Origin: Steroidobacteraceae bacterium
Lineage (GTDB): Bacteria > Pseudomonadota > Gammaproteobacteria > Steroidobacterales > Steroidobacteraceae
Direction: 5' to 3'
DNA length: 64,000 nt
Assembly (NCBI GenBank): GCA_035943195.1
Contig: DASZCK010000183.1
Coordinates: forward strand, 526-64,525
Made by a program: the position numbers and the translations under genes. The notes beneath the pieces are model-generated. The model had not been told where the DNA came from, searched no databases, and saw nothing but the letters and a program-made list of their open reading frames with translations. This document shows positions 28,072 through 37,140 of the stretch, piece by piece. Positions within the stretch are counted from its first letter, which is position 1; every line of letters starts with the position of its first letter.

Positions 28072-29404
28072 CGGTCGCGCCACCGCCAGGCGTCTGCGAA
28101 ACGTCGACGGTCGCCGCATGCGCCGTGGCGATCTGGCGTACCAGCGTCAGCCCTACCCCGCTGCCCTGCCGCTTGGTCGTGAAAAAGGGCACGAATATCC
28201 GGTCGCGTTGATCGTTTGCGATACCTGGCCCGTTGTCGGCCACGGAAATGACCACCCGGCCGTCCGAATGGCGGCGCCCCGACAATTCGATGCGGCCGGA
28301 CGCGACATCCGGGAGTGCTTCTATGGCGTTGCGCACGAGATTGATCAAGGCCTGATCCAGCAGGTCCGCATCCGCTGCAATCTCCAGGGTTTGGGGCTCC
28401 ACGTTGGTCGTCAATTGGATGTCGTTTTTGGCAAGCTCAGCGGCCAGCAGGCGCCTGACGCGTGCAAATATCCTCTGTACCGGCGCGACCTGCATCTGCG
28501 TCACCAAGGGTTTGGTGAGGCGCCGATGATTCTGTACGAAGTGCAGCAGCCCCTCGCTGCGGCGCGCGACGGTCTCCAATGCATCACGAGCGTCACTCAA
28601 GGCAGTGGTACGGGGATCGCCCGGCGGCGTCTGATCCAGCAGATCGCCGACCAGGTCGCGCGCGGTCGCTGACAACGAGGAAACAGGAGTAAGGGAGTTC
28701 ATCACCTCGTGAGCCATCACCCGGACGACGGTCTGCCACGCCGCGAGCTCCTGCGCACTCATTTCGCTTTCGATGTTCTGCAGGGAGATCAGACGCCGCC
28801 GTACGCCACTCATTGCCGCATCGGTTGCCGCCGCCTTCAGTTGCAGTGCGCCGGAGTTGCGCTCCATCCGCAGGATCGCGCTGCCCCCGGGACGCAATGA
28901 CTCCAGACCCACTGCGAACGGCTCGCCGAAACGTATGAACTGCGAGGCGTGCGTCAGTGAGGTTTCAAATAGCCGCCGTGCCGCCATGTTGAGCAGCTGC
29001 ACCCGCCCACTTTCCTCCAGGGAAATCAGGGCCACCGGCACGTGCGCGATGAGCGTCTGCAGATAACGCACCTCAGCCTCGCGCTCCGCGCGACCGATGC
29101 GCAGCAGATCCAGAACGTGGCTCATTGCCGCGCCGAGCTCGCGATGGACGCTGTCGGCCATGAGACCCGAGAAGCTCTGCGAGGTGTCATCGAATGAAAT
29201 GGCTTCGAGAAATCGCGCGACTTCGCGGCCGGTTTGTGCCGCAAACCTGATCAGCAGCGCCGTCTGGAGCAGCGCCAGGACAATGATCAGCGCGATGGCC
29301 AGATACCATTGAGTCCGCGCCAGCATTTCGGCGACGGCCACCAGCGTGAGAAACAGCAGCGCGCAGCGCACTGCAATCCCGGCGCGGAAGCGGCTAAAGC
29401 CCAT
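28055..29404 (-). CDS. Sensor histidine kinase (NtrY/AtoS-like, partner of the sigma54 activator)
   Basis: ORF track gives 28055..29674. I place the start at ATG 29404, overlapping the upstream regulator stop by 11 nt. Two N-terminal TM helices, H-box MAHEVMNSLTP, and ATPase motifs NLVRNAIEA, DNGPGI and GSGVGL. Confidence 0.85.
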   Translation of the reverse strand: MGFSRFRAGIAVRCALLFLTLVAVAEMLARTQWYLAIALIIVLALLQTALLIRFAAQTGREVARFLEAISFDDTSQSFSGLMADSVHRELGAAMSHVLDLLRIGRAEREAEVRYLQTLIAHVPVALISLEESGRVQLLNMAARRLFETSLTHASQFIRFGEPFAVGLESLRPGGSAILRMERNSGALQLKAAATDAAMSGVRRRLISLQNIESEMSAQELAAWQTVVRVMAHEVMNSLTPVSSLSATARDLVGDLLDQTPPGDPRTTALSDARDALETVARRSEGLLHFVQNHRRLTKPLVTQMQVAPVQRIFARVRRLLAAELAKNDIQLTTNVEPQTLEIAADADLLDQALINLVRNAIEALPDVASGRIELSGRRHSDGRVVISVADNGPGIANDQRDRIFVPFFTTKRQGSGVGLTLVRQIATAHAATVDVSQTPGGGATVSLRF

Positions 29405-30779
29405 ACTTTTCCTTGCGCCGGTACAGCGAGGCTCGGGTGACACCGAGCGCCTGCGCCGCCCGACTGACATTGCCCTGGTGCTTGGCCAAGGCGCGGGCAA
29501 CGGTGTTCTTTTCCACGTCATCGAGGCTTTCGTCATCCGAGCTCGCGCTCGCGGCCGGGTGCGCGCGCGCGGCGGCGAGCGAGAAGTCCTCGGGTTCGAA
29601 CACGACTCCGTCGCTGAAGATGACCGCCCGTTCCACTGCGTGACGCAGCGCGCGGACGTTCCCGGGCCAGTCATGGGCCGTCAGAGCCTCGAGCGCCGCT
29701 GCGCTCAGTCGCTTGGCCGGGAAGTTGTACTTCTGCGCGTACAGCGCGATGAAATGCGCCAGCAGCAGCGGGATGTCCGCGCGCCGCTCCCGCAACGGCG
29801 GCAGCAGAATTTCCACCGTATTGATCCGGTACAGCAGGTCCTCGCGGAACCGGTTGGGATCGGCGAGCTGTTCGAGGCCGAGATTGGTCGCACACACCAG
29901 CCGCACATCGATGGGCTCGGGTTTGTTGGCGCCCACGGGTATCACCTCGTGCCGCTCCAATGCCGTCAGCAGCTTGCTCTGCAGGTGCAGAGGCACGTTT
30001 CCGATCTCGTCCAGAAACAAGGTGCCGCCGGCGGCCGCGCGAAACAGACCGATGCGATCTTCCTTGGCGTCGGTAAATGCTCCGCGCCGGTGGCCGAACA
30101 GTTCGCTCTCGAACAGTTGTGGTGAGAGGCTCCCCACATCCACCCGCAGGAAGACCTCCTTGGCGCGACCCGAGTGACGGTGAATCTCACGCGCCACCAG
30201 CTCCTTGCCGGTCCCGTTCTCACCCAGTATCAGCACATTGGCATCGGTGGGCGCCGCGCGACGGATCGACTCGAATACCCGTAGCGTCGCGGCAGAGGTG
30301 CCGATCATTCCGGTCTCAATGTGCGTGGCCGCCGCCAGACCCTGATTGCGCTTGCGCAGGTCGGCCGCCTCGATGCGTGAGCGGCGCAGGTTGGCGGCCG
30401 CGAACAGGGTCGCCAGCAGTCGTTCGTTTTCCCAGGGCTTGGTCACGAAATCCGCCGCGCCCTGTTTCATGGCCTGCACCGCCAGCTCCACCCCGCTATG
30501 CGCGGTCACCAGCACCACCACCGCCTGCGGATCGGCAGCCAGCACTTCCCCGAGCCATTTCAGGCCCTCCCGGCCCTCGTCGGCGCCCGGACCAAAGTTC
30601 ATGTCCAGGAGCAGCACATCAAAGCTGTTCTGCCGCGCCCGCTCCCGCAGGGACGCGGGCTCCTGCGTGGTCTGAACGGACGTGAAATGGCGCTTCAGCA
30701 GCAGCTGGGCTGCTTGAAGGATGTCCTTCTCGTCGTCGACCACAAGGATGCGCGCGGGATTCAGTGCAGGGCTGGCCAT
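29394..30779 (-). CDS. Sigma54-dependent response regulator (NtrC family)
   Basis: Start at ATG 30779 (MASPALNPARILVVDDEKD). REC domain, then an AAA+ domain (GENGTGKE, GAFTDA, FLDEIG), then a C-terminal Fis-type HTH (VSRAAQALGVTRASLYRR). Confidence 0.9.
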   Translation of the reverse strand: MASPALNPARILVVDDEKDILQAAQLLLKRHFTSVQTTQEPASLRERARQNSFDVLLLDMNFGPGADEGREGLKWLGEVLAADPQAVVVLVTAHSGVELAVQAMKQGAADFVTKPWENERLLATLFAAANLRRSRIEAADLRKRNQGLAAATHIETGMIGTSAATLRVFESIRRAAPTDANVLILGENGTGKELVAREIHRHSGRAKEVFLRVDVGSLSPQLFESELFGHRRGAFTDAKEDRIGLFRAAAGGTLFLDEIGNVPLHLQSKLLTALERHEVIPVGANKPEPIDVRLVCATNLGLEQLADPNRFREDLLYRINTVEILLPPLRERRADIPLLLAHFIALYAQKYNFPAKRLSAAALEALTAHDWPGNVRALRHAVERAVIFSDGVVFEPEDFSLAAARAHPAASASSDDESLDDVEKNTVARALAKHQGNVSRAAQALGVTRASLYRRKEKYGL

Positions 30780-30781
30780 GG

Positions 30782-30827
30782 TGTCCGAATTCGAACAGGT
30801 GTTCGCCGATTTGTACGCTGGCGGACA
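30782..30827. promoter_or_regulatory. Two imperfect dyads (TGTCCGAATTCGAACA and TGTTCGCC-N12-GGCGGACA); candidate enhancer (UAS) sites for the NtrC-type activator
   Basis: Repeated TGT(C/T)CG half-sites lie about 60-95 bp upstream of the -24/-12 promoter. An AT-rich stretch lies between, with a possible IHF bend (TTCAATGAGTTA on the minus strand). Confidence 0.35.
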
Positions 30828-30877
30828 GTCTAATGCCAATGACTATTGTAACTCATTGAAATTATTGAGGAGGAAAG

Positions 30878-30892
30878 TGGCATGCAATTTGC
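30878..30892 (+). promoter_or_regulatory. Sigma54 (-24/-12) promoter TGGCAT-GCAAT-TTGC
   Basis: The GG-N10-GC spacing is exact and 9 of the 10 fixed bases of the TGGCAC-N5-TTGC consensus match. It is oriented toward the efflux operon and sits next to a divergent sigma54 activator gene. Confidence 0.6.
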
Positions 30893-30904
30893 GATAGGGA
30901 TGGT

Positions 30905-32101
30905 ATGACTGACAATCCACCCACCATGGACAAGCCGATCGCACGGGGCAGCCCCTGGCGACGCTACCTGCCTCACAGCATCGCCGGGATTCTGATAGTC
31001 GCTGCCGCCGCCTGGCTGTTGCTGCAGCAGTCCAAGGGCCATGTGTATCGTTTGCCCCTGAACCGCGTGACCATTGGCACCGTCAGCGAAGGACCTTTTG
31101 AGGACTACATTGCCGTCCGCGGCACCGTGGCCCCGCTCATCATCGACTACCTCACCACCGACCAGGGCGGCACCGTCAAGCAGGTGCTGGTTGAGGACGG
31201 CGCCACGGTGAAGCGCGGGCAGACACTCATGATCCTTTCCAATCCCGCCCTGCAGCTGCAGGTCGCGGCCCAGCAGATCACCTTCGAGCAGACGCGCTTC
31301 AAGTACCAGCACGATCTGCTGGACATCGAGCATCAGATCAGCCAGCTCAAGAGCAACCTGGCGCGCGACAAGGTGCTGCTGGACGGCAATGCCATCGCGC
31401 CCAGCACCTACCAGCAGGAGTCGGAGGACTATCAGTACAACCTGAAGCTGCGCGACGCGACCATTGCCTCGCGCGATGCCGAACAGCGCCGTGCCCAGGC
31501 TGACATGGCCAATGCCGGGATCGACGCGCTCACGGTACGCGCGCCCATGGATGGCCAGCTCACCGCGTTGGATGCCGAAGTCGGCGAGTCCAAAGCGCAG
31601 GGCGCAGTGCTGGGTCAGGTCAACTCCGCCGATCGCTTCAAGCTTACCGCGCAGGTCGATGAATACTATCTCGGACATATGAGCGTGGGACTGGAGAGCC
31701 TGTTCAGCATCGGCGCCCAGGGCTTCAAGGCGAAGATCGCCAAGGTGTATCCGCAGGTCATCAACGGTACCTTCAAGGTCGATCTGCATTTTGAAGGCGC
31801 CGCACCCCCCGCTATACACGTCGGTCAGGCCATCGATCTGAAGCTCGAATTAGGCGGCGCCTCGCAGGCTTTGATCGTCGCGAACGGACCCTTCTACCAG
31901 GATACGGGCGGCAACTGGGCCTTCGTCGTGTCACCCGACGGCCGCCATGCTGAGCGCCGCAACATCCGCCTCGGTCGCCGTAATCCCGACTACGTCGAGG
32001 TGGTGGATGGTCTGAAGTCCGGTGAGCGGATCCTCGTTTCGGGCTACGAGGGATTCCAGAAGATGGACCGTGTGGAATTCGAGAAAGCCGAAAACCAATA
32101 G
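30905..32101 (+). CDS. Efflux periplasmic adaptor (HlyD/MacA family)
   Basis: 398 aa with an N-terminal TM anchor (IAGILIVAAAAWLLL), a coiled-coil region and a beta-barrel. ATG 30926 is an alternative start, given that the sigma54 promoter ends only 12 nt upstream of 30905. Confidence 0.85.
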   Translation: MTDNPPTMDKPIARGSPWRRYLPHSIAGILIVAAAAWLLLQQSKGHVYRLPLNRVTIGTVSEGPFEDYIAVRGTVAPLIIDYLTTDQGGTVKQVLVEDGATVKRGQTLMILSNPALQLQVAAQQITFEQTRFKYQHDLLDIEHQISQLKSNLARDKVLLDGNAIAPSTYQQESEDYQYNLKLRDATIASRDAEQRRAQADMANAGIDALTVRAPMDGQLTALDAEVGESKAQGAVLGQVNSADRFKLTAQVDEYYLGHMSVGLESLFSIGAQGFKAKIAKVYPQVINGTFKVDLHFEGAAPPAIHVGQAIDLKLELGGASQALIVANGPFYQDTGGNWAFVVSPDGRHAERRNIRLGRRNPDYVEVVDGLKSGERILVSGYEGFQKMDRVEFEKAENQ

Positions 32102-32112
32102 CTGAGGGATTC

Positions 32113-32799
32113 ATGATTACGCTCAAGAACCTGTCGAAAGTCTATCGCACCACCGAGATCGAAACGACGGCGTTGCGCGACATCAATCTGGACGTGCGCG
32201 ACGGTGAGTTCGTAGCGGTAATGGGACCCTCGGGTTGCGGCAAATCCACGTTCCTCAATATCGTGGGTATGCTCGACAATCCCTCCGCGGGCGAATACTG
32301 GTTCGATGGCCAGAACATCGCCGGTTATCCGGAAAGCGACCTGTCGGAACTGCGCAAGAACGCCATTGGCCTCGTTTTCCAAAGCTTCAATCTCATCGAT
32401 GAACTGAACGTCGCGGAGAACGTCGAGCTGGCGCTGCTCTATCACTCGGATGTCTCCGCCAGCGAGCGCAAGAAGCGCGCCGCGGAGGCATTGGAGCGCA
32501 TGAAGATCGGGCACCGGGCCCGTCACATGCCAGCGCAGCTGTCCGGCGGACAGCAACAGCGTGTGGCCGTGGCCCGCGCGGTGGTGGCGCGCCCGAAGCT
32601 CATCCTGGCGGACGAACCGACCGGCAACCTGGACACCGCAAATGGGGAGGAGGTGATGCAACTGCTCACCCAGCTCAACGATGAGGGCGCCACCATCGTA
32701 ATGGTCACCCACTCGCACAGCCATGCCGAGTATGCCCATCGCATCGTCAATCTCCTCGACGGTGTTGTCGTGACCGAAAACATCCGCCAGGTTCTATAA
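32113..32799 (+). CDS. ABC transporter ATP-binding protein (MacB/LolD type)
   Basis: Walker A GPSGCGKST, signature LSGGQQQR, Walker B LILADEPTGNLD. Confidence 0.9.
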   Translation: MITLKNLSKVYRTTEIETTALRDINLDVRDGEFVAVMGPSGCGKSTFLNIVGMLDNPSAGEYWFDGQNIAGYPESDLSELRKNAIGLVFQSFNLIDELNVAENVELALLYHSDVSASERKKRAAEALERMKIGHRARHMPAQLSGGQQQRVAVARAVVARPKLILADEPTGNLDTANGEEVMQLLTQLNDEGATIVMVTHSHSHAEYAHRIVNLLDGVVVTENIRQVL

Positions 32800-32812
32800 G
32801 TCAGGAGTCGCC

Positions 32813-35296
32813 ATGTTCCGCAACTATCTGACGGTCGCGCTGCGTAACCTGATCCGTCACAAGCTGTACAGCGTCATCAACATTGCGGGTCTCACGGTGG
32901 GACTGGCCTGCGTGCTGTTCATCATCCTGTTCGCGCGCGATGAACTCTCGTACGACAAGTGGCTTCCGGACAGCGCCAACCTCTACCGCGTGGAGCAGAC
33001 CATCCACGCGCCCAGCCGTGCGCCGATGGCGTTTGCCGTCATCGCCTTTCCGATGCCAGCCGCAATGCGCGATGAGATTCCCGGCGTGACCGGCATGACG
33101 CGACTGTGGGCCGAACCCATGACCTTGACGTCCGGCGACCGGCAGTTTCCAGAAAGGGTCAACGTGGTCGACCCGAATTTCTTCCAGGTCATCAAGCTGC
33201 CGCTAGTCATTGGCGACCCCGCACAGGTCTTCCGGCAGCCTGAGTCGATCGTGCTCACGGAATCCGCGGCAAGAAAATTCTTTGGCGATGCCAACCCGAT
33301 CGGCAAGACCATCACGGATGCCAAGGGCAAGTGCGGTCCGGCCGACACGGCCTGCCGGGACACGACCGTGCCGCTGACGGTGACGGGAGTGATACGGGAT
33401 CTGCCGCACAATACTCAGCTGACCGGCGAAGTATTCATTCCCAACACATCGATCGCCGACTATACGACCGATGAGGAGAAGCAGAATTGGTTCGCCAATG
33501 ACGGCTGGGGCTGGGTAACCCTGGCTCCGGGTGTCGAGCCGAAAACGGTGATCGCCAAGATGGTACCACTGCTGGATCGCACGCTCGGGCCCTTGATCAA
33601 ACAGTTTGGTTTGGGCAATTTGCGCGGCAGCAAGGCGTATGAAGTTCATTTGACGCCCTTTGCCCAGGTTCACCTGACCTCCGACCGCTGGTCTTTCAAC
33701 CTGACGGCGCCCGGAAGCCTGACGACACTGTATGGTGTCATCGCCATCGGATCGCTGATCCTTTTGGTGGCCTGCTTTAACTTCATGAACCTCGCCACCG
33801 CCCGCGCCATGATGCGCGCGCGGGAGATCTCGCTGCGCAAGACGGTGGGCGCGAAGCGCGGCCAGCTGGTACTACAGTTTCTGGGCGAGTCCGTGCTGAT
33901 GGCACTTTTGGGACTGATTCTGGCGCTGGCGCTGGTTCAAATGCTGTTGCCCGCCTTTGACAGCTTCATGCAGCGTCCCCTGAGCCTCGACTTGCATTCC
34001 GGCTGGCCGGTGCTGCTGTTGATTGTGGCGGTCGCCGTGGCGGCGGGCCTGATCGGCGGCAGTTACCCCGCCCTGATTCTCTCTGGATTCAGGCCTGCCA
34101 CGGTCCTGCGCACCAATAGTTCCGGCCAGGGCGGCTCGGGGCGCCTGCGCGCCATCCTGGTCGTTCTGCAGTTTGCGGTTTCCATCGGTTTGGGTATCGC
34201 GGCCGCCGTGATCTTCGGTCAGATCAGGTATTGCCGCGGCATCAATCTGGGCTTCCACCACGACAATATCCTGGTGGTGGGTCATGCCGGCCGCGTTTTC
34301 ATGGATGGAAAACAGAGCTTCGTGCAGGCCGTGCGCGCCAATCCCGGCGTGCTGGACGTCACCTTGTCCGACCGAGTGCCATTTGACGGCGGCCAGGACA
34401 ATGATGCCATCAAGCTCCCCGGCAAGCCTGATCTGCTGCTCTTCAACAAGATCGTCATCAGCCCGAACTTTCCGAGCTTCTACGGCATTCCACTGCTCGC
34501 CGGCCGACTGCTCTCCGCAACCCGGTCACTGGATGAGTACACCTCCACGAACGGAGGCAATCCAGCGAACACGGGGCACAATATCCTGCTCAATGAAAGC
34601 GCCGCCGCGCGCCTGGGCTTCACCCCGGAGCAGGCGGTGGGCAAGACCGTCCTCTACGACAATTATCCCATGATCATTGTCGGGGTACTCGCCGATGCCA
34701 AATTCGGTGGAGCACGCGAACCGGTGAGGCCCACTGATTACGTCTATGACCCGAAGTACGCGGCACAGCTTTCGGTGCGTCTGCGGCCCGACATGATTCC
34801 GCAGACCGTCAAGTTCATCGACAAGGCCTGGCACACCTTCGCGCCCATCGCGTCCGTGAACCGCCATTTCCTGGATGATAGCTTCGAACAGCTCTACCAG
34901 ACCGAGGAGAAGCGCGGCCAGATGTTCGGCATCTTCGTCGGCATCGCCATCTTCATCGCCTGCCTGGGGCTGTTCGGCCTTGCTGCCTTCACTGCCGGCC
35001 GTCGCACCAAGGAAATCGGGCTGCGCAAGGTGTTCGGCGGCCGTACCCGTGATGTGGTGAGACTGCTGCTATGGCAATTCTCGATTCCTGCCTTGATCGC
35101 CAACCTGATTGCGTGGCCGATTGCCTGGTACTACCTGCGCGATTGGCTGGATGATTTTGCATACCGCATCTCCTTGAGTCCCGTCTACTTTCTGGGCGCG
35201 GCTGCCATGGCGTTGGTGATTGCGTGGGTCACCGTCCTGTCTCACGCTGTTCGGGTGGCCCGCGCGACCCCGATCGGTGCCTTGCGTTATGAATAG
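32813..35296 (+). CDS. ABC transporter permease with duplicated FtsX/MacB-type modules
   Basis: 827 aa. Two units, each made of a TM helix, a large periplasmic domain and a 3-TM FtsX-like bundle. The RKxxGA motif occurs twice (LRKTVGAKRG, LRKVFGGRTR). Confidence 0.9.
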   Translation: MFRNYLTVALRNLIRHKLYSVINIAGLTVGLACVLFIILFARDELSYDKWLPDSANLYRVEQTIHAPSRAPMAFAVIAFPMPAAMRDEIPGVTGMTRLWAEPMTLTSGDRQFPERVNVVDPNFFQVIKLPLVIGDPAQVFRQPESIVLTESAARKFFGDANPIGKTITDAKGKCGPADTACRDTTVPLTVTGVIRDLPHNTQLTGEVFIPNTSIADYTTDEEKQNWFANDGWGWVTLAPGVEPKTVIAKMVPLLDRTLGPLIKQFGLGNLRGSKAYEVHLTPFAQVHLTSDRWSFNLTAPGSLTTLYGVIAIGSLILLVACFNFMNLATARAMMRAREISLRKTVGAKRGQLVLQFLGESVLMALLGLILALALVQMLLPAFDSFMQRPLSLDLHSGWPVLLLIVAVAVAAGLIGGSYPALILSGFRPATVLRTNSSGQGGSGRLRAILVVLQFAVSIGLGIAAAVIFGQIRYCRGINLGFHHDNILVVGHAGRVFMDGKQSFVQAVRANPGVLDVTLSDRVPFDGGQDNDAIKLPGKPDLLLFNKIVISPNFPSFYGIPLLAGRLLSATRSLDEYTSTNGGNPANTGHNILLNESAAARLGFTPEQAVGKTVLYDNYPMIIVGVLADAKFGGAREPVRPTDYVYDPKYAAQLSVRLRPDMIPQTVKFIDKAWHTFAPIASVNRHFLDDSFEQLYQTEEKRGQMFGIFVGIAIFIACLGLFGLAAFTAGRRTKEIGLRKVFGGRTRDVVRLLLWQFSIPALIANLIAWPIAWYYLRDWLDDFAYRISLSPVYFLGAAAMALVIAWVTVLSHAVRVARATPIGALRYE

Positions 35297-36752
35297 AGCG
35301 CGGCAACTGTGCTGCGGCCTCGCACTCGGTGCCGCCCTTTTGTCCGGGTGCGCCACGCGCGTACCCCAGGTCCTCAGCCCGCAGATCGTGCCGGCAGCTT
35401 TTGTCGGCAAGGATTCAGGAAGCGCTTCGGTATGGCCAAGGTCGGATTGGTGGCAGCAATTCGGTAGTGGGGAGCTGTCCGGATTCATCCTCGCCGCACA
35501 GCGCGGCAACCGCGATCTCGCGATGGCCGCCGCCGCGGTGGTCCAGGCAAACGCGCAGACGGTCATCCAGCGCGCTGCCCTGTTTCCGCAGTTCGATCTA
35601 CAGGCGCAGGGGGAACGCTCAAAGTTGAGTGCTGCCTCGACCGGGATCAGCAACTTCCCGGCCGGCAACTCCTTTGGCCTCACTTTAGGGGCGAGCTATG
35701 AAGCCGACGTCTGGGGATTGGCGAGGAGCAACCTGCGCGCGGCCAATGAATCTCTCAAGGCGGCACGCTTCTCGCGGCAAGCCGTGGCACTGACAGTCAC
35801 GGCGAATGTCGCCGATGCGTACTTCAACGTACTCGCGCTACGCAAGCGCATCGCCATTGCCAACGAGGATATTCTCGCCATCAACGACATCCTGCGCACC
35901 ATCCAGCTGCGGGTGACGACCGGCACCTCCTCGCACCTGGACCTGGCGCAGGAGCGCGCCCAGGTCGAGTCGGTCGAGGCGATACTTCCGCAGCTACAGG
36001 AGCAGGAACTGGAAGCGCGCGTGGTGCTTGCGGTGCTGCTCGGCCAACCGCCCGAGACCTTGGAGGTCAAGGCTCCGAGCCTCGAGTCCCTCCACCCGCC
36101 CCTCGTGACACCCGGTCTGCCCTCCGACCTGCTGCTGCGCCGCCCGGATGTGGCACAGGCGGAGGCCAACTTGGCCAGCGCCCACGCCAGCCTCGATGCA
36201 GCGCGCGCCGCCTTCCTGCCGCAGTTCGCACTGAACGGCAGTGACGGGTTCGCCAGCGCGGCCATCGGCACCCTGCTGCGGGGTCCCAACGTAGCCTGGG
36301 AGTACGGCGGCTCGCTGCTGCAGACCGTCTTTGATGGTGGCAAGCTCGTCGGGCAGAAGAAACTGGCGGAGGGTACTCAGCAGGCACTCGTCGCCAGCTA
36401 CCAGCGCGCCGTGCTCAACGCTTATGCCGATGTGGAGACGGCGTTGGGGCAGGTGAAGCACTTCGAGCTCGCGGAGCAGCACCTGGGGCACGAAGTGGAT
36501 GCGGCCCAGGAGGCCTTCCAGATCTCCCAGCTTCAATATCGCCAGGGCACGACTGATCTCCTCACCGTGCTGCAGTCCCAGCAGACGCTGTTCTCGGCGG
36601 AGGACCAGCTGGCTCAGATTACCCTGGCACGCATGCAAAGCGTCGTCCATCTCTATGAGGCACTCGGCGGCGGCTGGATCGAGGAGGCCACTGAGCGCAC
36701 CCAGTTCACCTCTGGCCTGACCGCTGGGGAGCGTCATGAAAATGGAAACTGA
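35289..36752 (+). CDS. Outer-membrane efflux lipoprotein, NodT family
   Basis: Start at ATG 35289, overlapping the permease stop by 8 nt. Lipobox ALLSGC and two OEP repeats. Confidence 0.9.
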   Translation: MNRARQLCCGLALGAALLSGCATRVPQVLSPQIVPAAFVGKDSGSASVWPRSDWWQQFGSGELSGFILAAQRGNRDLAMAAAAVVQANAQTVIQRAALFPQFDLQAQGERSKLSAASTGISNFPAGNSFGLTLGASYEADVWGLARSNLRAANESLKAARFSRQAVALTVTANVADAYFNVLALRKRIAIANEDILAINDILRTIQLRVTTGTSSHLDLAQERAQVESVEAILPQLQEQELEARVVLAVLLGQPPETLEVKAPSLESLHPPLVTPGLPSDLLLRRPDVAQAEANLASAHASLDAARAAFLPQFALNGSDGFASAAIGTLLRGPNVAWEYGGSLLQTVFDGGKLVGQKKLAEGTQQALVASYQRAVLNAYADVETALGQVKHFELAEQHLGHEVDAAQEAFQISQLQYRQGTTDLLTVLQSQQTLFSAEDQLAQITLARMQSVVHLYEALGGGWIEEATERTQFTSGLTAGERHENGN

Positions 36753-37140
36753 CCGGGCAGTGGAGGCCGCGATGAGCCGCCTGTTTCAGGACGTAGAAGA
36801 GGCCCAGGTCGGTGAACGGCTGCAGTCGATTCTGGACTCCATCGAGAACCTGGTCCTGCCGGTGAAGCCCCGCGCGGCGTTCGCTCTCATCGTGAATCTG
36901 ATCGAGCGCGATCGGGATGCCATGGAGTGCTGCGGCGACCATCACTATGCCGTAGCCGCCGCGCTCAATCGGGCCATGGGTCTGGTTGCCAAAGCCGGAC
37001 GATCGCTGCCGGAAGAGGAGGTCCGGACAACCTTGGAGCGGCTGATCGCCGAAGATACCTACCTGACGCGTGAAGCGCTGGCCGAGGTTGCCATCGAGCG
37101 CTTCAAAGATCTGAAGGGCTGCGCGGATCACCCAGAATGA
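36736..37140 (+). CDS. Hypothetical small all-helical cytoplasmic protein (134 aa)
   Basis: The ATG is preceded by GGGGAG at a 5-nt spacing and overlaps the NodT 3' end by 17 nt. No TM segment or signal peptide. Contains a CCGDHHY motif. Confidence 0.5.
   Translation: MKMETDRAVEAAMSRLFQDVEEAQVGERLQSILDSIENLVLPVKPRAAFALIVNLIERDRDAMECCGDHHYAVAAALNRAMGLVAKAGRSLPEEEVRTTLERLIAEDTYLTREALAEVAIERFKDLKGCADHPE

Noticed and set aside
30830-31819. 329-aa minus-strand ORF overlapping the regulator/adaptor intergenic region
   Set aside because: It is antisense to the HlyD-family adaptor, would run through the sigma54 promoter, and has no motifs.
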